Positions 1 through 7,796 of a stretch of 12,729 bases of DNA are shown piece by piece. The position numbers were made by a program, and so were the translations under genes. The DNA lies in NCBI GenBank assembly GCA_034408725.1, contig JAWXCN010000233.1, forward strand, positions 1 through 12,729, given 5' to 3'. Origin of the DNA: Candidatus Hydrogenedentota bacterium (GTDB lineage Bacteria > Hydrogenedentota > Hydrogenedentia > Hydrogenedentales > SLHB01). Numbering within the stretch: the stretch's first letter is position 1; each line of letters starts with the position of its first letter. The notes beneath the pieces were generated by a model. It saw only the letters and a list, made by a program, of their open reading frames with translations, was not told the origin of the DNA and ran no database searches.

Positions 1-30
1 GAACACACCGGCTTTGAAAAGCGTTCGCAT
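1..30 (-). CDS. 5' end of a gene truncated by the window edge (MRTLFKAGVF...), possibly the start of a signal peptide
   Basis: The minus strand reads GAGGAGG-attttagcg-ATG CGA ACG CTT TTC AAA GCC GGT GTG TTC. This is a near-perfect Shine-Dalgarno 9 nt before the ATG at 30, open to the edge, 23 nt downstream of the GNAT stop. Only 10 codons are visible and it is not in the ORF track. Confidence 0.7.
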   Translation of the reverse strand, partial: MRTLFKAGVF

Positions 31-39
31 CGCTAAAAT

Positions 40-46
40 CCTCCTC
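40..46 (-). promoter_or_regulatory. Shine-Dalgarno sequence (GAGGAGG) for the truncated gene at 30
   Basis: The + strand CCTCCTC at 40-46 is GAGGAGG on the minus strand, with a 9-nt spacer to the ATG. Confidence 0.75.
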
Positions 47-53
47 ATGGGAA

Positions 54-638
54 TCAAACCACCGGGTCGCCGAACTCAAGTTCGATCGGTTTTCCGTTGA
101 GCTGCGCCCACTCATAATCCAGTATCGCATATAACAGAGAATCGCGCCATTGCCCTTTCACCCATACATGCTCGCGCAAATGCCCCTCGCGCTGGAACCC
201 GCATTTCTCGAGGACGCGCGCGCTCACCGCATCTTCGGGGTCGACGACCGAAAATATCCGGTGGAGTTTGAAATCTTCGAATCCAAGCGCCAGCAGTGCG
301 CCTATTGCCTCGGACCCAAAGCCCTTGCCCCAGTCTTCGCGCCGGATAATACAGTGCATTTCGCTCGACCGATCCCGGTGTACCATGGACACAAGCCGAC
401 AGTTGCCCACGATGCGATCCGATCCATTGTGGACGATGGCGAGTTCGAAATACGTGCGGGGGATTTCGCCTTGGTGGCGGATGGCGCGCCTGATGAATCC
501 CTTGGTCTGCTCTTCCGTATTTGGACCCCAATTGAGGTAATACGTCAGGCGCGCATCGCAGGAGTAGTCATGGACTTCACTCCAGTCCGCTTCCTGGAAT
601 TCACGCAAAATGAGTCGGCTCGTCGACCGGCCAATCAC
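54..638 (-). CDS. GNAT family N-acetyltransferase, RimJ/RimL type (about 194 aa)
   Basis: The protein has typical RimJ/RimL motifs: T-x-RL-x-LR at the N-terminus (STSRLILREF), acetyl-CoA motif A (REDWGKGFGSEA), LHRIF, SARVLEKCGFQREGHLRE and GQWRDSLLYAIL. The track start (GTG 740) overlaps the upstream gene and adds 34 aa that do not resemble the family. GTG at 638, preceded by GGAGACGGGA, fits the family N-terminus better. Confidence 0.9.
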   Translation of the reverse strand: MIGRSTSRLILREFQEADWSEVHDYSCDARLTYYLNWGPNTEEQTKGFIRRAIRHQGEIPRTYFELAIVHNGSDRIVGNCRLVSMVHRDRSSEMHCIIRREDWGKGFGSEAIGALLALGFEDFKLHRIFSVVDPEDAVSARVLEKCGFQREGHLREHVWVKGQWRDSLLYAILDYEWAQLNGKPIELEFGDPVV

Positions 639-679
639 CTGTCCCGTCTCCGTAACTACTCGATTCCCCAAGGCAAGCC

Positions 680-708
680 AGTATACCCCAAATCCGGCGT
701 CACGCGAA
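680..708 (-). promoter_or_regulatory. Candidate sigma70-type promoter for the GNAT gene
   Basis: The minus strand reads TTCGCG-17 nt-TATACT (-10 matches 5/6, -35 matches 3/6). It lies in the gap between the TMTC-like stop (716) and the proposed GTG start at 638. This is a pattern match only. Confidence 0.3.
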
Positions 709-715
709 GGGAAAT

Positions 716-2434
716 TTATCCCGCCGGTTTTCTTGACCACAAACGTTCGAGGTTCACTTCTGCACTGCGAAGCCCCGGACTTATCGCGAGCGCCTGTTGG
801 AAATATCGGATTGCGTCTTCTCGACGGCCCTGCACGTCGGAAATGATGCCCAACAGGTTGTATACCTTTGGATCGCTCGGGTCCAGCGACTGCGCCAACA
901 TCGCCTGTTCCATGGCTTTATCGAATCGCTGACCTCGGAAATATGCGGAAGCCAGCGTAAAACGGACTTCGGGGTTCCGGGTTGCGGACTGCGCTGCCTT
1001 TTCCAATGTCTGAATCGCTTGTTCGACCCGGTTTTGCTCCAACAGGACCTGGCCCATGTTGATGAGGGCGCCCGCGTGATTCGGGCTGATCTCGAGCGAC
1101 CGAACGAAATGCGGGACAGCTTCGTCCAGCATTTTCGCCTTTTTGTAGGCTGTCCCTAGGTTATTGTGGGCGATATAGTTATTGCTGGTGACCGCTGTGG
1201 CGTGTTCCCAAAGCGTGATGCCGTTTCGCCAATGACGAAGTTCGACCGCCGTGCGGAGGCCAAGCGCCGCGACCACTGCCACGCCGAGCCACAGCAGCGC
1301 ACGTTTGTGATACGCGCGTTCGTTCAATGTCCATGCGATGGCGATGAAAATACCAATCAAAGGCACGTACGCATAGCGGTCGGCCATCGACTGCGCTCCG
1401 ACTTGCACAATACCGATCACCGGCACCAATGTGCCCACGTACAAAAACCAGCCGACAAAAAGGTACCGGCGTTTAGCGCTCTGCTGAATCACAACACCGG
1501 CAATAGCAAGCAGAAACACTCCTAAAACGGCGACTTTCCACAAGGGAAACATGCCGAGTGGATGAGGATAGAACGCTGCAAAACCAAACGGCCAACTTGT
1601 TTTGCCAAGATAAGCGGCATACGCTATGACCGCGTTCCCGACACGATAGAGCATGGGAACTCCCGCGCCCTCCCCCATCGCACCCGCAGAGGCCTGGACA
1701 AGATAGGTCGTGACCGACGATAACAGTACGAGAATAAAAAATGGAACCTTCTCCACCGCGTACTTCGACATTTCGCGCAGGAACGGGCTGAATGGCCGAG
1801 TGGATGCCGCAATTCGCTGGAGCGGCCAATAGTCCAACAACAGCATTACGAATGGCCAGGTAACGAGCATGGGTTTCGACATGAGCCCGAGGGCCAGGAA
1901 TGCACCCGCCGCGCAGTACATCGGGATGCTGCGCCGTGTTGCGTACTCCGAATACGCAATCAGCGACGCCAAGCCGAAGAAAGTGCTTAGCACGTTCTTG
2001 CGCTCGGCAACCCACGCGACGCTCTGCACGTTTATCGGATGGACGGCGAACAGCGCGGCGGCGAACAGACTGGGCCATAGCGCGCCGGTGTAGCGGTATA
2101 GGAGCAGAAACAACAATGAACTGTTGGCCGCGTGAAGCAGCACGTTGGTTACGTGGTGCATCCACGGTCTTTCGCCGCTGATTTCCCAATCCATGGCATG
2201 CGACAACCACGTTACGGGATGCCAATTCGCGGCATGCCCCGTCGTAAACGCCCATACAATTGACTCGCCCGAAACACCACGTTGCACGTAGGGATTGTCA
2301 GTTACGTAGTCATTATCGTCGTACCCTGTAAAGCCGAATGAGATGCTGGATGCATACAGGGCAAACGCAAGCACGCCAACCCCAAACGCATAGCGCCAGG
2401 CAATGGATGTGGAGTTACTTTGGGGTTTCGTCAT
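716..2434 (-). CDS. TMTC-like multi-pass membrane glycosyltransferase (GT-C fold, protein O-mannosyltransferase-like) with C-terminal TPR repeats, 572 aa
   Basis: There is an acidic DD motif after the first TM segment (GFTGYDDNDYV). Family motifs include NWHPVTWLSH, HHVTNVLLHAAN, LFAVHPINVQSVAWVAERKNVLS, LGLMSKPMLVT and MADRYAYVP, along with many hydrophobic segments. Four 34-aa TPR units follow (YIAHNNLG..., AGALINMG..., PEVRFTLA..., PKVYNLLG...). Confidence 0.88.
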   Translation of the reverse strand: MTKPQSNSTSIAWRYAFGVGVLAFALYASSISFGFTGYDDNDYVTDNPYVQRGVSGESIVWAFTTGHAANWHPVTWLSHAMDWEISGERPWMHHVTNVLLHAANSSLLFLLLYRYTGALWPSLFAAALFAVHPINVQSVAWVAERKNVLSTFFGLASLIAYSEYATRRSIPMYCAAGAFLALGLMSKPMLVTWPFVMLLLDYWPLQRIAASTRPFSPFLREMSKYAVEKVPFFILVLLSSVTTYLVQASAGAMGEGAGVPMLYRVGNAVIAYAAYLGKTSWPFGFAAFYPHPLGMFPLWKVAVLGVFLLAIAGVVIQQSAKRRYLFVGWFLYVGTLVPVIGIVQVGAQSMADRYAYVPLIGIFIAIAWTLNERAYHKRALLWLGVAVVAALGLRTAVELRHWRNGITLWEHATAVTSNNYIAHNNLGTAYKKAKMLDEAVPHFVRSLEISPNHAGALINMGQVLLEQNRVEQAIQTLEKAAQSATRNPEVRFTLASAYFRGQRFDKAMEQAMLAQSLDPSDPKVYNLLGIISDVQGRREDAIRYFQQALAISPGLRSAEVNLERLWSRKPAG

Positions 2435-2455
2435 CGATAACGCGTCCAGCGCGCT

Positions 2456-2485
2456 AGACTACCGCTGCACCGCGGGCCACCGCAA
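2456..2485 (-). promoter_or_regulatory. Weak candidate sigma70-type promoter for the TMTC-like gene
   Basis: The minus strand reads TTGCGG-18 nt-TAGTCT, ending 21 nt before the ATG at 2434. Only the TTG and TA---T core bases match. Confidence 0.2.
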
Positions 2486-2556
2486 ACTGATGCGAAACTC
2501 ACCGGGGTACAGGTGCGCCCGAAACGAGGAGCCAGTCCCGCGAAGCGACCTGCAAC

Positions 2557-3957
2557 TCACTCAACCCGCTTCACCGGAGGTGGCGCCCAAACGCCGTCGA
2601 GCACGGCTTTTTTGGGCCAATACAGGCGCATGGTGAGGTTGAACGAATTATCGGGCGCAGGCAACCAGTTCGATTGCTTCTCTTCGCCGGGGCTCTCGTG
2701 TTGAATGTAGATATCAAGCGATCCGTCAGGATTGAACTTTAGCGCGTCGCGATCGCCGATGGCGAATCGATTGGCCTTGTTGTCGGCGGGGAAGCCATCC
2801 TCTTTATACAACGTAATCGACCAGAACGCTTCCACGGGTGGCAGTCCATCTTTTTCAAAGTGCTGCACGTACCGGTTCTCACCGTTCAATGGGGCGCCGT
2901 CGCCATCGACAAACGCCATCGGATAGACGGCGTCCTCTGGTATATTGGCGCCGAGCGCGGTCTTCGCAATAATGGCGCGTTTTAGATAGTCATTTCCGTA
3001 CACGCCCATTGTCTCATTGTTCAACCGCCAGCCATTTACAATGCGGGAGACGGCGGGTTCTTTTTCCTGAATGAGTTTTAATCCCGAAGCAGGGGCGTTT
3101 TCCAATGCCTGTTTGATGGCTGGATCAAGTTTAACGAAATCGAAATCGATGTCTGGAGAGAGGCCAATGCGTTCCAAGCGAACCAGGATGGCGCTGTCGG
3201 ATGCATGCGGAGGATTCGCCCGCAACAAGTTCGCGGCATATGTGAAGTATTCTTCCGCGGTCATCGCTTCCGGTTTTCCCGTTGGCTCAACCTCATTATT
3301 TTCGCTGGGCTGGCCGTTTTCTTTCCGAGATTCGCCCGTAACGCTCCATCTTGAAAGCGGGGTAACAGTATAACCATCCTGGATTTTATGCACCGCGGAA
3401 AAATCGTCTTCGCCATTGGTTTGAGTCCGGCCAATGATCCAGGCGTTCGGAGTCGGCGCTTCGACCTTCTCAATGCCCGAGGGCAGTGTTCCAGACCAGC
3501 CCAGCGGGACGATGCCTATCGTGGCGCCTTTCGTCCCTATCGTGCGTTTGCCCGGTGCTGCGAAAACGTCGGTCCACATGTCAAGCATCTGCAACAAGTA
3601 ATATCTGTCCGCTGTATCGGGTATTGTCACAATAACCGGTTCTTTCGCGAGATCGAGCCATGCCGAGGAGTAAAGGGTGTCGAAGTTTGGCCGGACGACT
3701 GATTTGAATTGGGCCTTGGGAAATTCGCGCAAATGGTTAAACGAGTTCACGGGGCCGATACCGGCTACCGTGATCGGCAAGCTCATGCTTCGCCGTGTGA
3801 CGTCCATCACGACGAGCGGGTATGTGTAGATATATGCGTCAACCGCAATCTGGTCGATGTCCTTTTCCCCGGCAGGTGCTTTCGCTGCATCCGCGAGAAC
3901 AAACTGCACACCTGCCATTACCACCAAAACGATCGCGGCAAGAATTGATCGGTTCAT
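2557..3957 (-). CDS. Exported DUF1254 + DUF1214 domain protein, 466 aa
   Basis: There is a Sec signal peptide (MNRSILAAIVLVVMAGVQFVLA). DUF1254 motifs are AYIYTYPLVVM, VVRPNFDTLYSSAWLDL, RYYLLQMLDMWTDVFA and WIIGRTQ. DUF1214 motifs are GVYGNDYLKRA, GANIPEDAVYP, PPVEAFWSITLY, NPDGSLDIYIQ, NWLPAP and LTMRLYWP. Confidence 0.92.
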   Translation of the reverse strand: MNRSILAAIVLVVMAGVQFVLADAAKAPAGEKDIDQIAVDAYIYTYPLVVMDVTRRSMSLPITVAGIGPVNSFNHLREFPKAQFKSVVRPNFDTLYSSAWLDLAKEPVIVTIPDTADRYYLLQMLDMWTDVFAAPGKRTIGTKGATIGIVPLGWSGTLPSGIEKVEAPTPNAWIIGRTQTNGEDDFSAVHKIQDGYTVTPLSRWSVTGESRKENGQPSENNEVEPTGKPEAMTAEEYFTYAANLLRANPPHASDSAILVRLERIGLSPDIDFDFVKLDPAIKQALENAPASGLKLIQEKEPAVSRIVNGWRLNNETMGVYGNDYLKRAIIAKTALGANIPEDAVYPMAFVDGDGAPLNGENRYVQHFEKDGLPPVEAFWSITLYKEDGFPADNKANRFAIGDRDALKFNPDGSLDIYIQHESPGEEKQSNWLPAPDNSFNLTMRLYWPKKAVLDGVWAPPPVKRVE

Positions 3958-4090
3958 TGATCTTGTCCAATCCTGTTTGTATTGTTCATTGCACGAACGA
4001 AAGAGTACAGAGTGAACGGAAATGGGCCATACTTCTATTCCAACAGCCGTTCAGATACGCGGCGTCAACATGAAAGTGGTGGATACCTAA

Positions 4091-6281
4091 ATGAAACGCT
4101 GCCCTGCGATTCTGTTTACACTTTGGTCGGTATGTCAAGTAGGAGCGGATTCCCCGATCCTGCCCAATCTATCCCCTATAAACGCTTCTCATGAACAAAT
4201 TGAACGGGATTGGCTTATCGCGACACCTCGAACAAAGGCTGGCGTATATAAAGATACGCGTTCAAAAGAAATCGTAATGTCTAACGGTCTGATTCGCAGG
4301 GTCTGGCGCATTGTTCCAAACGCGGCGACCGTGGCGTTCGACAATCTAATGACGGGCTCTCCCGTCATTCGCGGGGTAAAGCCGGAAGCAGCGATTGTTA
4401 TGAATGGCGAGCGCTTCGACATCGGAGGGCTGTTGGGCCAACCGGACTATGCCTATCTGAAGCCTGAATGGGTAGATGCATTGACGGCCGATGAAAATGC
4501 GTTTTATTTCACCCGTGTCGAGGCTGGTGAAACACGGGAACGGTTTCCGTGGAAGCGGGCGCGCCATGCCGCCGATCTGGAATGGCCACCGCCAGGGGCG
4601 TCTGTCACGTTTCATTTCGCTCCGCCCAAAGGCAGGTTACCCGGAATCACGGTATCGGTCCACTACGAAATGTACGATGGGATTCCGGTGTTGTCAAAAT
4701 GGATTTCCGTTCACAATAGCGGCGTTCAGCCGGTCCAATTGACTGCGTTCGTCAGCGAAATTCTTGCAGCAGTCGAATACGAGTCTGATGTTGATTCCCG
4801 GGAACATCCGAATCTTCCAAATATTCACATCGAAACAGATTTTGGATTTGGTGGCGCGGAGCCCGCGGAAGCGCGGCGCACGGTCTATTGGTCGCCCGAT
4901 CCGCAATATACGACGCAGGTGAACTACACATTAAATAGCCCAGTGTTGATGGAATGCCGGCTACCGATCGGTCCGGATGCCGCCATTGCACCTGGTGGAA
5001 CGTTTAAATCTTTCCGCACCTTTGAGTTGATTCCCGACACCACCGAACGGGAACGGAAAGGACTGTCCGTCCGGCGCATGTACCGTGTTCTCGCTCCATG
5101 GATAACCGAGAACCCAATCATGTTGCACGTGCGCCAATCAGACCCGGCGTCCGTGCGTCTCGCAATTGATCAGTGTGCGGACGTGGGCGCGGAGATGGCG
5201 ATTCTAAGTTTTGGCAGTGGACTGGACATGGAGAACGAGGACCCCGCGTACATTGCGCAGATGAAGAATCTCGTTGACTATGCGCATTCAAAAGGCATCG
5301 AACTCGGAGGATACTCCCTGCTTGCCAGCCGCAAAATTAGTGAAAAGGATGACGTTGTCAGTCCAGTCACCGGCAAGACGGGTAACGCGATATTTGAAAA
5401 TTCTCCTTGTCTTGGAAGCGAATGGGGGCGGGACTACTTTCGAAAGGTGAAAAGATTCATCGAGTTGACCGGCATGGATTTACTGGAGCACGACGGTTCA
5501 TATCCCGGCGATCTTTGCGCATCTACAACGCATCCGGGTCACGCCGGCGTGAACGATTCGCTATGGACGCAATACCAATCGATCTCCGGACTCTACCGCG
5601 ATTTTCGCGCGCGGAACATTTCTGAACGTTCCCGACTGGTACATGCTCAGCGGTTCCAACAAGACTGGCATGGGGTACCGCGAGGTCAACTGGTCGTTGC
5701 CGCGAGATCGACAACTCGTGCTGGGACGTCAAAACATTTTCGATGGCACTTGGCAGAAGACACCAACAATGGGTTGGATGTTCGTTCCCTTGGTCGAATA
5801 TCAGGGAGGAGGAGCTGACGCAACGCTCGAACCCTTGTCACAGCATCTCGACGCCTACAGTGCGCACCTCGCCCAAAATTTTGGCGCCGGCGTCCAGGCA
5901 TGCTACCGCGGCACGCGCTGGTACGACACGGAGGAAACCAGGGCCGTCGTGAAACACTGGATAGACTTTTTCAAAAAATACCGCGAGATTCTCGAATCCG
6001 ACATTATTCACGTGCGCCGCCCCGATGGTTGCGACCTCGACTGTATCCTTCATGTGAATCCGGAAACTACGCCACGCGGACTGGCGATGGTTTTCAATCC
6101 ACTCAATCATTCGGTGAAGAAGATGATGACCCTCCCCCTCTACTATACCGGCGTTTCTCGCACCGCCCGCGTTCGTGAGCAGGAGGGTAGCGTAAGAAAA
6201 TATTCTCTCGACCGCGAATACAACGTCCAAATTCCTGTCGACGTGCCAGCCAATGGTAATACGTGGTTGGTAATAGAGTGA
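4091..6281 (+). pseudogene. Secreted alpha-galactosidase-like (clan GH-D-like) glycoside hydrolase interrupted by one frameshift (about 730 aa if repaired); either a pseudogene or a sequence error
   Basis: ORF 4091..5818 has a signal peptide (MKRCPAILFTLWSVCQVGA) and motifs such as APWITENPIMLHV, AIDQCADVGAEMAILSFGSG, GIELGGYSLLASR and EHDGSYPGD. After ...YRDFRAR it turns into non-family sequence. The +1 frame continues FLNVPDWYMLSGSNKTGMGYREVNWSLPR ... LPLYYTG to the TGA at 6281 (track ORF 5643..6281). I recall these as one polypeptide in homologues; this was not searched. Confidence 0.75.
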
Positions 6282-6350
6282 CGAACCCCCGGATGCCCTT
6301 GATACACTTCATTACGGCAGAAGTTTCACAAACTAATGAGAGGCTTTAGA

Positions 6351-6372
6351 AGCATCGAGGCTTTCTGATGCT
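6351..6372. terminator. Possible hairpin between convergent genes
   Basis: AGCATC (6351-6356) pairs with GATGCT (6367-6372), just beyond the WS/DGAT stop. There is no U-tract on either side, so intrinsic termination is doubtful. Confidence 0.25.
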
Positions 6373-6375
6373 CTC

Positions 6376-7782
6376 TCAAGCCTCGAGAAGCTCGCGAAAG
6401 GCGTCATGCGAGTACGAGGAAAGCGCATCGATGTCCGGCACAAGTTTTTTGTCGCCTGTGAAAGTGACGCTCAGTTTCCCTTGGTGCGAAAGCCCCCCAC
6501 AAACAAGTCCAATGGACGGCAAAAGCGGAACTAACACACTGATATCGACGATTTTCTGTCCGGCAATATAGGTTTGCATGGGCGGACCCGGCACGTTCGT
6601 CACAACGAGGTTGAAGGAGGGCGGTGTATTCGGCCTGTTCATCTTGCGTTGCAACCAGGGTGATGCAAACAAACGGTGGGCAAGACGGGAAATGGGCGGA
6701 GTCAGCATCGATTGCGAAAGTGTAATCGACAGGCTTATCAGCTTGGCAAGTCCACACTGTTTCATGGCCTGGGTATAGCCGCTGATCATCTGGAGCCGTT
6801 CAGATACGGGGATTTCGCCCAACGGTGCAAGCACGGGTGACATGGCGACAAAATTGCCAGGCGTTTCCTGTGTGTCGTCAGACCGCACATTACTGGGCAC
6901 GAGTAATCGAAGATAAGTACTTTCAGTTTCGATTCCCTCGGCGGATGCGTAGCGTTGAACAGCCGTCGTAACTATCGTGAGCAGCACATCGTTAATTGTT
7001 CCGCCATGCTTCGCGCGAATTCGCGCGATATCCTGAAGATCGAAACTCGCATTCGAGTACGACAGCTGACCTGAAAGAGGCGCATTAAACGGCAATCGAA
7101 GTGCCGGCGCGGAACGGAACCTGCGCAGCAGTTTGCGCGGCTGGCCTTCCTCCGGCGATAAAAATGCGTGAATGAGCTTTGCGAAACCATTAACGATCGT
7201 GGACAGAAACCGCGGGAGCGCGCTGACCGCGTCCGCCGCACCCCAAAATAACCGGGCGTCGCCGCCGGGCAAAGGCTTTATCGTCTGAAGTTCGCGGGAT
7301 TCGATATCGACATATGGTCTTGTGTCGAAAAATACCGAGGCCATTCGGGCGAACCCGATTCCATCCGAGATTGCATGATGGAGCACCAGGAGATACGCCG
7401 ATCGATCATTGGACAATCCGTTAATAGCGTAGACCGACCACAATGGCCGGTTGCGATCAAGCCGTATGCGGGAAATACCTTCCACGGCATTGCGCAATTG
7501 TTCTTCACTGCCAGGGGCAGGAAGATCAAGTTGTCGAACATGGTTGCGAATATCAAAGGTAGGATCAAAATTCCAGGTGGGATGAAAAAGATTGAATGGC
7601 GAAAAAACCGGAATCTGGCGCAGCCGATCTATGTATCCCACTTTCCGCCGCATTTCATCGCAAAACCGATCAAAATCGATTGGACCATCCAAAACATTGA
7701 TTGAAATTGCCTGATTGCACGTGACGGGACCGTCCAAATATAGAAAGGACGCATCAAGTGGTGACAGGCGGTCCCTCGGCAT
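6376..7782 (-). CDS. Wax ester synthase / diacylglycerol acyltransferase (WS/DGAT/MGAT family), 468 aa
   Basis: The N-terminus is RLSPLDASFLYLD. Other motifs are FDIRNHVR, LPAPG, LDRNRPLW, the catalytic HHxxxDG (LHHAISDG), TINDVLL, VPSNVR, GN, and C-terminal FNLVVTNVPGP. Confidence 0.93.
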   Translation of the reverse strand: MPRDRLSPLDASFLYLDGPVTCNQAISINVLDGPIDFDRFCDEMRRKVGYIDRLRQIPVFSPFNLFHPTWNFDPTFDIRNHVRQLDLPAPGSEEQLRNAVEGISRIRLDRNRPLWSVYAINGLSNDRSAYLLVLHHAISDGIGFARMASVFFDTRPYVDIESRELQTIKPLPGGDARLFWGAADAVSALPRFLSTIVNGFAKLIHAFLSPEEGQPRKLLRRFRSAPALRLPFNAPLSGQLSYSNASFDLQDIARIRAKHGGTINDVLLTIVTTAVQRYASAEGIETESTYLRLLVPSNVRSDDTQETPGNFVAMSPVLAPLGEIPVSERLQMISGYTQAMKQCGLAKLISLSITLSQSMLTPPISRLAHRLFASPWLQRKMNRPNTPPSFNLVVTNVPGPPMQTYIAGQKIVDISVLVPLLPSIGLVCGGLSHQGKLSVTFTGDKKLVPDIDALSSYSHDAFRELLEA

Positions 7783-7796
7783 GCGGCTTTGCCAGG

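Noticed and set aside
150..932. 260-aa + strand ORF antisense to the GNAT gene and the TMTC-like 3' end
   Set aside because: It is a shadow ORF of well-supported minus-strand genes, with no recognisable motifs or SD. Long antisense frames are expected in GC-rich coding DNA.
1473..2255. 260-aa alternative-frame ORF inside the TMTC-like gene
   Set aside because: Its Arg/Cys-rich off-frame composition is typical of non-coding frames, and it is wholly nested in a family-matching gene.
2481..2540. Riboswitch-like fragments (GCAAAC...GAAA as in c-di-GMP-I on +; GGGACUGGCUC as in SAM-I on -)
   Set aside because: The required helices and remaining conserved nucleotides are absent. The c-di-GMP-like fragment is also antisense to the flanking genes.
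2487..2542. Hammerhead-ribozyme-like words on the + strand (CTGATG...GAAAC...GTC)
   Set aside because: The core reads CUGAUGC rather than CUGANGA, and stems I and III cannot form around the GUC.
5600..5625. Programmed ribosomal frameshift as the explanation for the split
   Set aside because: There is no X XXY YYZ heptamer, no prfB-like CTT-TGA with an internal SD, and no stop at the shift site. A simple indel is more parsimonious.
5622..5818. C-terminal 65 or so residues of track ORF 4091..5818, and 5643..6281 as an independent gene
   Set aside because: The tail is out-of-frame read-through after the frameshift. ATG 5643 has no SD and lies mid-motif, so both ORFs are parts of one gene.
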